DNA from: Desulfobacteraceae bacterium
GTDB lineage: Bacteria; Desulfobacterota; Desulfobacteria; Desulfobacterales; JAABTS01
Reading direction: 5' to 3'
Length of the DNA: 64,000 bases
NCBI GenBank assembly: GCA_011389735.1
Contig: JAABTS010000005.1
Coordinates: 4,338 to 68,337 of the forward strand
The notes under the pieces were generated by a model. The model had not been told where the DNA came from and ran no database searches. It was given only the letters and a program-made list of their open reading frames with translations. Shown piece after piece: positions 55,179 through 63,756 of this stretch; the first letter of the stretch is position 1, and every line of letters begins with the position of its first letter. A program made the translations under genes and the position numbers.

Positions 55179-56336
55179 TTGTTTTTTGAGAGGTTCCGCA
55201 AAAATTGCGGCGGGAGTGACCCCTTGGATTTTATAAGATATAGAATTAATCGCCGGGTTCTGAACGATCTGAAAAAACGATCGACGATCGGAATTGCCTT
55301 TTATCTTATTATTTCGGTGGTTGTATTGACCACTGGGGATTATTACAAACAATATCCCGAGTTTTCATTGTTCTTTTTCGGAGCGAACACTTTCATTTGT
55401 CTGTTTCGTTTGCTGCATGTTCTGGTTTCCGACAGACGCGATATATTTAGCGAAAAGCTGAATAACATTATTTTTTTTGCCAGCGTAATTATCACGGCCA
55501 TGATCTGGGGATTCGGATTCGCCTGGTTCATGAACCAGACGGAGGAATATGAAGCGAGACTGCTCATGGCCATCTGCACGGCCGGTCTTTGCGCAGGGGG
55601 CGTAACGGCGTTTATGCCGGAAAGACGCCTGGCGATCGCCTTCAATATATCTATTTTATTTCCAGCCTTTATATCCATGTGCGTCCTGCAATCAAACATA
55701 TCCCTGGCGGCGGTGATATTCCTGTATTCCATTTATTTGACGCTTGTCACCATCCGGGGGAACAACGAATATTGGGACGCCCTTGAAAATGAATACATGC
55801 TCAAGCGAAAATCCTATGATCTGGAAAGGTTGAGCAACACCGACACCCTCACGAATCTATACAACCGCCGTTATTTCAATGAGATCTATGAATTCGAATG
55901 GAAGCGCGCCACTCGAAACGGCGATAGTTTGTCGATCATCATTTGCGATATCGATCATTTTAAAAATATTAACGACACCTTCGGCCATCTCGCCGGAGAT
56001 GAATATTTAAAAACGACCGCCGAAATTTTGAAAAGCGTGTTTAAACGGGAGTTAGATATTGTAGCGCGGTACGGCGGGGAAGAATTTGTGGTCTTGCTGT
56101 CCGGAACAGACGCCGATACCGCCTTTGAAATGGCTGAAAAAGCCAGATCCCGGTTGGAATCGGCTCGCGTCGTCTACAAGGATGAATCCGTCAGCGCCAC
56201 AATCAGCATTGGAATCATGAGCTGTAATCCTTCTTTTATCGATAACAGGGAGGCCATCATTTCCAAGGCCGATCGCGCCCTCTACCAGGCGAAAAAAGAT
56301 GGGCGCAACCTGGTTCGGCATTATTCCGCCCGATAG
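55179..56336 (+). CDS. membrane-bound diguanylate cyclase (multi-TM N-terminus + GGDEF)
   Basis: 385 aa, TTG start (uncertain). Five or six TM helices, then a GGDEF domain (DTLTNLYNRRYF, DIDHFKNINDTFGH, RYGGEEFVV). Confidence 0.85.
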   Translation: MFFERFRKNCGGSDPLDFIRYRINRRVLNDLKKRSTIGIAFYLIISVVVLTTGDYYKQYPEFSLFFFGANTFICLFRLLHVLVSDRRDIFSEKLNNIIFFASVIITAMIWGFGFAWFMNQTEEYEARLLMAICTAGLCAGGVTAFMPERRLAIAFNISILFPAFISMCVLQSNISLAAVIFLYSIYLTLVTIRGNNEYWDALENEYMLKRKSYDLERLSNTDTLTNLYNRRYFNEIYEFEWKRATRNGDSLSIIICDIDHFKNINDTFGHLAGDEYLKTTAEILKSVFKRELDIVARYGGEEFVVLLSGTDADTAFEMAEKARSRLESARVVYKDESVSATISIGIMSCNPSFIDNREAIISKADRALYQAKKDGRNLVRHYSAR

Positions 56337-56573
56337 CATCGGAATTCATGTTCCGGAAATCGAATTTTTGAAAAACAATATATCCGGCCTGCGTCTTAAT
56401 CTTGATAAACACTTCAATTTGTGGCAAAGTAGAAACAATATTATCCGGTTCTTTCCGTTTTTGTAAGAACGGGGATCGACCCGGTAAGACCGGCGGAGCT
56501 GGAAAAACCTGTATAATCTTCCGGAAAATTAAAATTATGAAAACCTGTAGATAGGATCAAGGAGGCTGAAATT

Positions 56574-57128
56574 ATGAAAACAAGACACGTTAAGGATTTG
56601 ATGGTTCCGTTGTCCGAATATGTGACCGTTCCGTGGTCGGCCAATCTATACGACGCCGTCATGGCGCTCGAAGAAGCCCAGCGGAGATTCAGCGGAGCGG
56701 GATATCGTCACAGGGCGGTAATTGTTCTGGACGAAAATGGAAAAGCCATCGGCAAGGTTAGTCAGTTGAATATTTTGCTCGCGCTGGAGCCCAAATATGC
56801 AAAAGTGGCCGAAAAAGGGTCGTTGACCCGGTTCGGATTCAGCAAACAATACCAAAAAACTCTCATGGATCAGTTCCGGCTATGGGATGAACCATTTAAC
56901 CACATTTGTGAAAAAGCCGCCAAAACGAAGGTGACGGAATTCATGTATTCTCCGAAGGAGGAGGAATGTGTGGAAGAGGATGCGTCTTTGAGCGAGGCGC
57001 TTCATCAACTGGTCATGGGGCGTCACCAATCCTTGATCGTAACCCGGAAGGGACAAATCGTCGGCATACTGAAACTGACCGACGTATTCATGGCGGTTTT
57101 TGAAATCATGGCGAGTTGTAGAATCTAA
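56574..57128 (+). CDS. CBS domain-pair protein
   Basis: 184 aa. SD AAGGAGG. Two CBS-like units (VKDLMVPL...VIVLDENGKAIGKVS; VTEFMYSP...LIVTRKGQIVGILKLTDV). Confidence 0.75.
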   Translation: MKTRHVKDLMVPLSEYVTVPWSANLYDAVMALEEAQRRFSGAGYRHRAVIVLDENGKAIGKVSQLNILLALEPKYAKVAEKGSLTRFGFSKQYQKTLMDQFRLWDEPFNHICEKAAKTKVTEFMYSPKEEECVEEDASLSEALHQLVMGRHQSLIVTRKGQIVGILKLTDVFMAVFEIMASCRI

Positions 57129-57195
57129 TAGTCCGCCGTCAAAAACGGCGCCTATTATCGATTCGCGGCGTCGTGATCCATTTCGACGGGACAGC

Positions 57196-57609
57196 ATGAT
57201 GACAGTTATTGATAATATGATTACGATCATTACAAACCATTACCCGGACGTTCAGGCGGCGTATCTTTTCGGAACCTGGGGAACCGAGAATGAAAAGCCG
57301 GACAGCGACGCCGATATAGCCATACTTCTGGAGCCCCGGCAGGCGAAAACGGTTCCTCCCCTGATTTTGAGCGATCTGCGAATTGAACTTGAAGATCTGC
57401 TGAAACAAACCGTGGATTTAATCAATTTGCGCCAGGTTCCGACCGTTCTTCAAAAGGAAGTTGTTGCAGCCGGACGAAGAATTCTCCTGGTAGATAAATT
57501 CGCGGCCGATCTTTTTGAAATGCTGACGATTTCATATTACCTCAAATTGAATGAAGAACGCGCTGAAATCATCAGGGATGGTCTTGAATCGGGGAGGTTC
57601 ATCGAATGA
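57196..57609 (+). CDS. mntA: MntA-type nucleotidyltransferase antitoxin (MNT of a HEPN/MNT pair)
   Basis: The ATG at 57196 is preferred over the track start 57100. NTase motif FGTWG...DSDADIAIL (G-S/T-x-n-DxD). Its stop overlaps the next start (ATGA). Confidence 0.8.
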   Translation: MMTVIDNMITIITNHYPDVQAAYLFGTWGTENEKPDSDADIAILLEPRQAKTVPPLILSDLRIELEDLLKQTVDLINLRQVPTVLQKEVVAAGRRILLVDKFAADLFEMLTISYYLKLNEERAEIIRDGLESGRFIE

Positions 57610-58073
57610 TGGACGACGTCGCATTGAATAAAAAGGAGAGCATTGAACGATGCATAAAACAGATCCGTCTGTATTATGCATCGCCGAGTGAAGAACCTTT
57701 TGAAACCGATTGTTTCAAACAGGACGCTATCGCCGCAAACTTACAGCGCGTATGCGAACAATGCATCGATCTGGCGAATCATACAATTAAAGTCAAGAAA
57801 CTCGGTCTTCCCAAGGAAACCAGGGAAAGCTTCCGGTTGCTCGCACAAAATGAAGTTATCCCGAAAAATCTGGGCGCGAATCTCGAAAAAATGGTCGGAT
57901 TCCGAAATACGCTGGTTCATCAATATCAAAATATCGATATAAAATTGATGATCGATGTCATCGAAAATCACCTGGACGAATTGATCGATTATACGAATTA
58001 TGTAATCAAGGAAGTATGTCAGTTATCCAGATCGTCAAAACCGGGCGCTGTTCCGGAACCGTCGAAATCCTGA
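57606..58073 (+). CDS. hepT: HepT-type HEPN (DUF86) ribonuclease toxin
   Basis: 155 aa. R-x4-H HEPN motif in GFRNTLVHQY. Coupled to the upstream MNT gene. Confidence 0.8.
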   Translation: MMDDVALNKKESIERCIKQIRLYYASPSEEPFETDCFKQDAIAANLQRVCEQCIDLANHTIKVKKLGLPKETRESFRLLAQNEVIPKNLGANLEKMVGFRNTLVHQYQNIDIKLMIDVIENHLDELIDYTNYVIKEVCQLSRSSKPGAVPEPSKS

Positions 58074-59662
58074 GCGGGGTCAAATTGCAGGGCGGCTCCG
58101 TTTGAGCCATGGGCGCTCTTCGGTTTAAGCCGAAGGGAAAGCCCGTTTCTGATTCCTTCTTCCTGATAAGACCCCTTGTTCAGTCTTATTTCACCCATGG
58201 GCGCGACTCTCACGGCGGATTGATTTGCAACCGGACAAAAATGTTCGCAAAATCCGCATCCGCCGCATTTGTCGGCGACCACCCGGGGAGTGGCCACAGG
58301 ATTTCCGTTTTCTTTTTTAAATTGTATGGCGTTGTAGGGACATACTTCATCGCACACCATGCAGGGTTTTTGTTGCTCCCACGCCAGGCATTTTTGTCGG
58401 AAAATAACGGCGGTTCCGGTTTTTGCCCAGATTCTTTCAGCGGATGTCAGCGATCTGAGCGCGCCGGTCGGACAGACGCGGCCGCATTTGAAGCATTCAG
58501 GATCACAATATCCGCGGTTCATTACCAGTGCGGGACTGAACAGGCCAAGGGCGCCGGATTCGAACCAGACCGGCTGAATGCTGTTGGTCGGACACGCAGC
58601 CATGCATTCGCCGCATCGAATGCATCGTTGAAGAAATTCGGATTCGGGCATGGCTCCCGGCGGTCTGACAATATCGGCGGCGACCCGGCCTTCGGCGCTT
58701 TTTGGGTACGGCGCGTATAGCCCGGTCATGCCGACAATCGCTGTTCCCGCGCCCGCTACTCCGTAACCTATAAACCGCCTTCGAGAGACCGATGACGGAG
58801 CGCCGTCCGATGTTTCGGATCCGAAACGGAAACTCACGGCGTTTACAGGGCATACGCTTTCACAAGTTCCGCATACGATACATTCCGAGTGAACGGTTTT
58901 TGCCGGATCTTCGTCCGGAATCGCTCCCATGGGGCAGGCTTTCACGCATTTTCCGCATGTGGTGCAATTTTCATTTGTGACCCTCCGGACAAAGGGCCGT
59001 TTCGAAGCCATCGCCAGGACGGCTCCGGAAGGGCAAAGATAACGGCACCAGAAACGGGACGCCCGGTTTGACAGCGCCAACAAGGCTATAACGAGAAACA
59101 GGACGGCCCATTGGGTTGCAAAGCGAGGCGTCGGCGTCTGTAAAAAAATAATTTCCCGGATATCAAGCGATTCGGACAAGGGCCGCACCGCCGACACCAG
59201 ATTGCCAAACAGAAAAGCGCAAACCGGGTAGACGATCAACCCGAAAAATCGAGTGGCCAGGGACAGGGGCGATCCCCAGAAAACAAAAGAGACGCCCGAA
59301 AGGGATGCGCCTACCAGAAATGCGAGGAAATAAAATTTTATTCGTCTCGGTTTTTTTTCGTCTTCGAAACGAAGGCCGGATTTACAAAATGAACGAGATC
59401 CCGTGTCGATAAAGATTCCCAGGGGGCAGATGAATCCGCAGAATATCCGGCCTGCTATCAAGGTGGCCAGAATCACGCATAGCGCGGCGAGCATCCAGGG
59501 GGCGACTGTTCGGGCTCCGATCATCGTGATTATCGCAGGGGACGGATCAAGCAGCAGAAATATATCGGCCGAGGCTGCCGCCTCGGATCGGATAGCCGCC
59601 GCAGCCAGCAGACCGATAAACAACGCCAGGACGGCGGATTGAATAATTGTTCGGAATTTCAT
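58019..59662 (-). CDS. membrane polyferredoxin: NapH-like N-terminal TM domain fused to NapG/MauM-like multi-[4Fe-4S] domain
   Basis: The ATG at 59662 (MKFRTIIQSAVLAL...) overlaps the upstream stop (TGATG); the track start is 59776. CX3CP motifs GRIFCGFICPLG and RFWCRYLCPSGA. Cys clusters CTTCGKCVKACP, CIVCGTCESVCP, CIRCGECMAACP, CFKCGRVCP, CMVCDEVCP, CGGCGFCEHFCP. Internal SRRRFIGYGVAGAG. Confidence 0.8.
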   Translation of the reverse strand: MKFRTIIQSAVLALFIGLLAAAAIRSEAAASADIFLLLDPSPAIITMIGARTVAPWMLAALCVILATLIAGRIFCGFICPLGIFIDTGSRSFCKSGLRFEDEKKPRRIKFYFLAFLVGASLSGVSFVFWGSPLSLATRFFGLIVYPVCAFLFGNLVSAVRPLSESLDIREIIFLQTPTPRFATQWAVLFLVIALLALSNRASRFWCRYLCPSGAVLAMASKRPFVRRVTNENCTTCGKCVKACPMGAIPDEDPAKTVHSECIVCGTCESVCPVNAVSFRFGSETSDGAPSSVSRRRFIGYGVAGAGTAIVGMTGLYAPYPKSAEGRVAADIVRPPGAMPESEFLQRCIRCGECMAACPTNSIQPVWFESGALGLFSPALVMNRGYCDPECFKCGRVCPTGALRSLTSAERIWAKTGTAVIFRQKCLAWEQQKPCMVCDEVCPYNAIQFKKENGNPVATPRVVADKCGGCGFCEHFCPVANQSAVRVAPMGEIRLNKGSYQEEGIRNGLSLRLKPKSAHGSNGAALQFDPAQDFDGSGTAPGFDDLDN

Positions 59663-60591
59663 CAAGCGCTGATGGTTTTGATTCGAAGATTTTCTATATC
59701 CATTCGGCCGAGGCCTCTTTCGTGCGCCTCCCGGATATGTCTTACCTGTTTCGGCGCGTACTTTTTCCCGTACCATTCAAACAAGGACACCGCATAAGCG
59801 TCGGCCGCCACCATATCCGTGGACGCGATCACCGTTTTTTCTTGCAGCACTTTGCCCGGCCCTCCGGGACCGCCAGTGGACAAAACCCGGGTGGCGTCGA
59901 TAACCGTCAAATCAGCCTTCAGCACGGACGCCAGATCCACGATGGCTGTATGCAGGTCCAGCATATGCATGATCCGCCGGTTATAAATCAGTCCCATCAT
60001 CCCTTTCATGGACAGGCTGACCCCCGCCCCCGAATGGGATTTGGCCACCGGCGCGGCGATCAACACATCCGCTCTCAAGGCCTCTTTGGCTATGTCGGTC
60101 TTTTTCAGCTTGAGCCCGTCTTTTATATCCACTTCCTTGAATAGCGAAGAATCCCGGATCATATGCACCGATTTGGACGCCACGGGTTCGCACGCATCCC
60201 GGATGCCCGACATTTCCAGGCACCGTTCTTCGGGCGCCAGAGGATTGTCCAACACCAGCACGCTCGACGCTCCCGCATCCCTGCACATGACCGCCAGCTC
60301 CCTTACCACTTCCGGATGAGTGTTGGACGCTCTTTCCGGAGCCGTGGCAAAGCTCATGTTCGGCTTGATCAACACCCGGTCGCCTTTTTTTACAAATTTT
60401 TCGATACCGCCCAGGAGCCTGACCGCCGATCTCGTCGCCTTTGCGGGCGTCCCCTTCGCCGCTGCGATATCCGGAAACGTTTCCGCCGAGATTGCACGGG
60501 ACGCCGGTATTCCTGAAACAACCGCCGAAACCCATAATGCGCCTTTGATTTGCGCTTTCAAAAAAGCTCTTCGATTCACACCGGAATTCAT
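59662..60591 (-). CDS. Tat-signal DUF362 domain protein
   Basis: The ATG at 60591 is preceded by AAAGGAGGTCAAA; the track start 60732 is unlikely. Twin-arginine signal MNSGVNRRAFLKAQIKGALWVSA. DUF362-like core GDRVLIKPNMSF...HPEVV. Confidence 0.75.
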   Translation of the reverse strand: MNSGVNRRAFLKAQIKGALWVSAVVSGIPASRAISAETFPDIAAAKGTPAKATRSAVRLLGGIEKFVKKGDRVLIKPNMSFATAPERASNTHPEVVRELAVMCRDAGASSVLVLDNPLAPEERCLEMSGIRDACEPVASKSVHMIRDSSLFKEVDIKDGLKLKKTDIAKEALRADVLIAAPVAKSHSGAGVSLSMKGMMGLIYNRRIMHMLDLHTAIVDLASVLKADLTVIDATRVLSTGGPGGPGKVLQEKTVIASTDMVAADAYAVSLFEWYGKKYAPKQVRHIREAHERGLGRMDIENLRIKTISA

Positions 60592-60834
60592 TTTGACCTC
60601 CTTTTCAATCGTATACACGACTAACATCGTTGATTCGGAACAGTTTGTTTCCGGCGGTGTTTCCACCGGGCGATTCAGCCAAAGCCGGGAATCAACGGCT
60701 CGTTGTATACAGGTTTCAATCGTTAATATCATAAAGCAGGGCCTTATGTAAAAGAAAAAATATAGCCCCTGCTATTCCGGTGAAGAAAGGTTGACTATCG
60801 GAAAGAGCTATCTTATTTTTGCTAAATGGCATAT

Positions 60835-60936
60835 ACAGGTTTTCAGAAAATGAATTTTACAAGGCGGCGGGCCCGGGATATCCATTCGTATAAGCCCGGC
60901 CGACAACGCATTGAAATTCAATATCTGAAAGGCTAT
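60835..60936 (+). repeat. REP-A copy (full; used as reference)
   Basis: ACAGGTTTTCAGAAAATGAATTTTACAAGGCGGCGGGCCCGGGATATCCATTCGTATAAGCCCGGCCGACAACGCATTGAAATTCAATATCTGAAAGGCTAT. Confidence 0.85.
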
Positions 60937-61158
60937 GGTTGTTTTTACATCGTCATCAAATGAACGGATTTTTATAACCCGAAAAGAAAGATAAGCTCGT
61001 TTTGAACAGTTTCACACAAGACATCCCCCCCGATATTCGCGATATCGTCGCCAGGAATCATCGTCAGACCGTGTATCCGGCCCGGAATGGAATTGATACG
61101 TCGTTCCGCCGGCGCCGCTTTGCGAAATTCTATTCCTGAATTGTTCCGCGCCCATTCA

Positions 61159-62070
61159 ATGACACCGATACTCGAAATCCACAAACTGCTGAAGCGTTAT
61201 CCCGGGGTCACCGCCGTCGATCATATCGATTTGTCGGTTCTCCCGGGGATATGTCTTGGACTGCTGGGGCCGAACGGCGCCGGAAAAACCACGACCATCG
61301 AAATGATCGAAGGCGTCATAGCTCCTACATCCGGCCGAATTCTTTATAAAGGCGGTTCTCGAACCCGCCGCTTCAAGGAAGAAGTCGGCATTCAGTTTCA
61401 AGCCACAGCGACGTTCGCGTTTTTATCGGTCAAAGAAACGCTTGAAACGTTCCGTGCAATGTACAAAAATCCGCTGTCTATCGAGGAGCTGACGGAAACC
61501 TGCCGGCTGGAGGACATTCTGGAGCGCGACAACGAACGAATCAGCGGCGGGCAACGACAGCGGCTGATGCTGGCTCTTGCTCTGGTCAACGATCCGGATT
61601 TGTTGTTTCTCGACGAACCCACCACGGGCCTCGACCCTCAGGCCCGGCATCACCTTTGGGATATTGTCAGGAAAATCAAAAAAAGCGGAAAAACATTGAT
61701 TCTGACAACGCATTATATGGAAGAAGCCCAAATCTTGTGTGATGAAATCGCCATTATCGATATGGGCAAAATTATCGTCAGAGGCGCCACGGACGCTCTT
61801 ATAAAGGAACATTGCGCGGGCGTCACTGTGACGCTCCCGAAATCCGTGTTCGAACGCCCCGCCGAGCAGCTTTTTCCCGACGGCGAAAAACACTGCGAAA
61901 CATGGAAATGTGTAGAAACGGAAAACAGCTATGAGTTTTTAACCGTTGATGTCAACGGCTGTCTGGAAACGTTGTTGAAAAACGGCGTCGATCTGTCCCG
62001 GATTACGATTCGCTCCCAAAATCTCGAGGATCTTTTTCTTAAATTAACGGGCCGCCGTCTTCGCGACTGA
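61159..62070 (+). CDS. ABC transporter ATP-binding protein (ABC-2/DrrA-like)
   Basis: The ATG at 61159 (MTPILEIHKLLKRY) is preferred. Walker A GPNGAGKTT, signature ISGGQRQRL, Walker B LLFLDEPTTGLD. Confidence 0.9.
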   Translation: MTPILEIHKLLKRYPGVTAVDHIDLSVLPGICLGLLGPNGAGKTTTIEMIEGVIAPTSGRILYKGGSRTRRFKEEVGIQFQATATFAFLSVKETLETFRAMYKNPLSIEELTETCRLEDILERDNERISGGQRQRLMLALALVNDPDLLFLDEPTTGLDPQARHHLWDIVRKIKKSGKTLILTTHYMEEAQILCDEIAIIDMGKIIVRGATDALIKEHCAGVTVTLPKSVFERPAEQLFPDGEKHCETWKCVETENSYEFLTVDVNGCLETLLKNGVDLSRITIRSQNLEDLFLKLTGRRLRD

Positions 62071-62115
62071 CAGGCCTTCGGATAATGGCGTCGCAGCGCT
62101 CATAAAAATAATCGT

Positions 62116-63177
62116 ATGAACATAATACTCAAACGTTTCCTGTGGCTTTTAAACGCCAGGAACAAGGAATTTTTCAGAGACCGCGCAAGTTTCGGATGGA
62201 ACTTCTTGTTTCCTTTTCTAATCCTGATCGGCTTTTCCGCGATGTTTCAACGGGGCGGACACGAAGAATACAAGGTCGGTCTGGTTCCCCCTCAGCAGCA
62301 AACCCGTTCATCGGCGATGTCGGAAACGTCCGGGCTTTTGAAACAGGTGAAACTGTTCAGAACCATCGAATTTTCAAGCCGTGACGACGGACTCGACCGC
62401 CTGAGGCTTCATAAAGTGGACATGGTGGTTGAACTGGGATCGGAACCGATCCGCTACTGGATTAACGACGCGTCTCCAAAAGGAACAATTTGTGAAAGTT
62501 TATTGTTAAAGGCGGCGGGAGACCCGGGCTCGCATCGAAAAACGGCTGTCCGGCAAACAGTTTCAGGAGACCGGATCGATTACATCGACTGGCTTTTTCC
62601 CGGGGTTATCGCCATGAATATGATGTTCAGCGCATTATACGGGGCGGGCTACGTTATTGTGAGATATCGCAAAATGGGCGTTCTGAAACGGCTACAGGCG
62701 ACCCCGGTCGGGGCGTTCGAATACCTTTCCGCCCAGGCGATTTCAAGATTGTTGGTGATTATTTTCAGCGGCGTCATATTGTTCGCCGGATGCTCCCTGC
62801 TGCTCGGGTTCGAATGCCGGGGTTCCTATCTGGATTTATTGATTGTGTATACAATCGGCGGAGCCGCCATTATTTCCCTGGGGCTGGTCATTTCAGCGAG
62901 AACCTCCAGCGAAGAACTGGCCAACGGAGTTCTGAACATGATATCCTGGCCCATGATGTTTTTATCGGAAGTCTGGTTTTCGATCGAAGGCTCATCCGAA
63001 TGGGTGCAAAAAATTTCACAAACACTGCCGCTAACCCACGTCACCGAAGGGATGCGGCAAATCATGAACGAAGGCGCTGGGCTGAACGATGTCAGGGGCC
63101 ATATCGCTTATCTTGCGGTGATGTTCGTTCTGTTTCTGGCTATCGGTTCCCGGACGTTCAGATGGTCAAGGGAATAA
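62116..63177 (+). CDS. ABC-2 type transporter permease
   Basis: 353 aa. N-terminal TM helix, ~130-aa extracytoplasmic loop and five C-terminal TM helices. Follows the ATPase gene. Confidence 0.8.
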   Translation: MNIILKRFLWLLNARNKEFFRDRASFGWNFLFPFLILIGFSAMFQRGGHEEYKVGLVPPQQQTRSSAMSETSGLLKQVKLFRTIEFSSRDDGLDRLRLHKVDMVVELGSEPIRYWINDASPKGTICESLLLKAAGDPGSHRKTAVRQTVSGDRIDYIDWLFPGVIAMNMMFSALYGAGYVIVRYRKMGVLKRLQATPVGAFEYLSAQAISRLLVIIFSGVILFAGCSLLLGFECRGSYLDLLIVYTIGGAAIISLGLVISARTSSEELANGVLNMISWPMMFLSEVWFSIEGSSEWVQKISQTLPLTHVTEGMRQIMNEGAGLNDVRGHIAYLAVMFVLFLAIGSRTFRWSRE

Positions 63178-63204
63178 TTATATAATATAGTAAGCAGGTT
63201 AATT

Positions 63205-63507
63205 ATGTTAAAAAGTCACGAAAAGAAGTACTTGAGGGGGCTGGCGCATTCGTTGAAACCAGTCGTTATGGTCGGCCGGAAAGGGGTTACGGCCGCCGTC
63301 GCTGAATCGGCCGGCCAGGCTCTTGAGGACCATGAACTCATAAAAATCAGATTTCTCGATATCAAGGGGAAAACCGAAAAGCAGGCGCTCACAGGCGAGC
63401 TGGAACGGAAAACAGGCGCGGAATGTGTCGGACTCATCGGCCATGTCGCCATATTCTATAAGCCGAATCCTGATCCTGAAAAACGGAAGATCGAATTCCC
63501 CGGATAG
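63205..63507 (+). CDS. yhbY: YhbY/CRM-domain RNA-binding protein
   Basis: 100 aa. LRGLAHSLKPVVMVGRKGVT...ELIKIRF...IGHVAIFYK. Confidence 0.75.
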   Translation: MLKSHEKKYLRGLAHSLKPVVMVGRKGVTAAVAESAGQALEDHELIKIRFLDIKGKTEKQALTGELERKTGAECVGLIGHVAIFYKPNPDPEKRKIEFPG

Positions 63508-63662
63508 GGAACTGTAATCGACGCCCGCAAAACGATTCCGCTTCTTGATTTCGGGGCGGATCGGCGCTTCCGGGCGGATAATCCTACCCTTTGAATACGC
63601 TTTACACCCTATTGAACAAAAAGGAATCATATGATATTCTGATTCTCCGATTCAAAAAAACA

Positions 63663-63736
63663 CAATTCGTATAGTCCAGGCCGACAACGCAGAGAAATTC
63701 AATTTCCGGAAGACTATAATGTTTGAAAAACCTGCA
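63663..63736 (+). repeat. REP-A partial copy
   Basis: CAATTCGTATAGTCCAGGCCGACAACGCAGAGAAATTCAATTTCCGGAAGACTAT plus the trailing fragment TTTGAAAAACCTGC. Confidence 0.7.
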
Positions 63737-63756
63737 CCATTCAGGAGAACGGCGTT

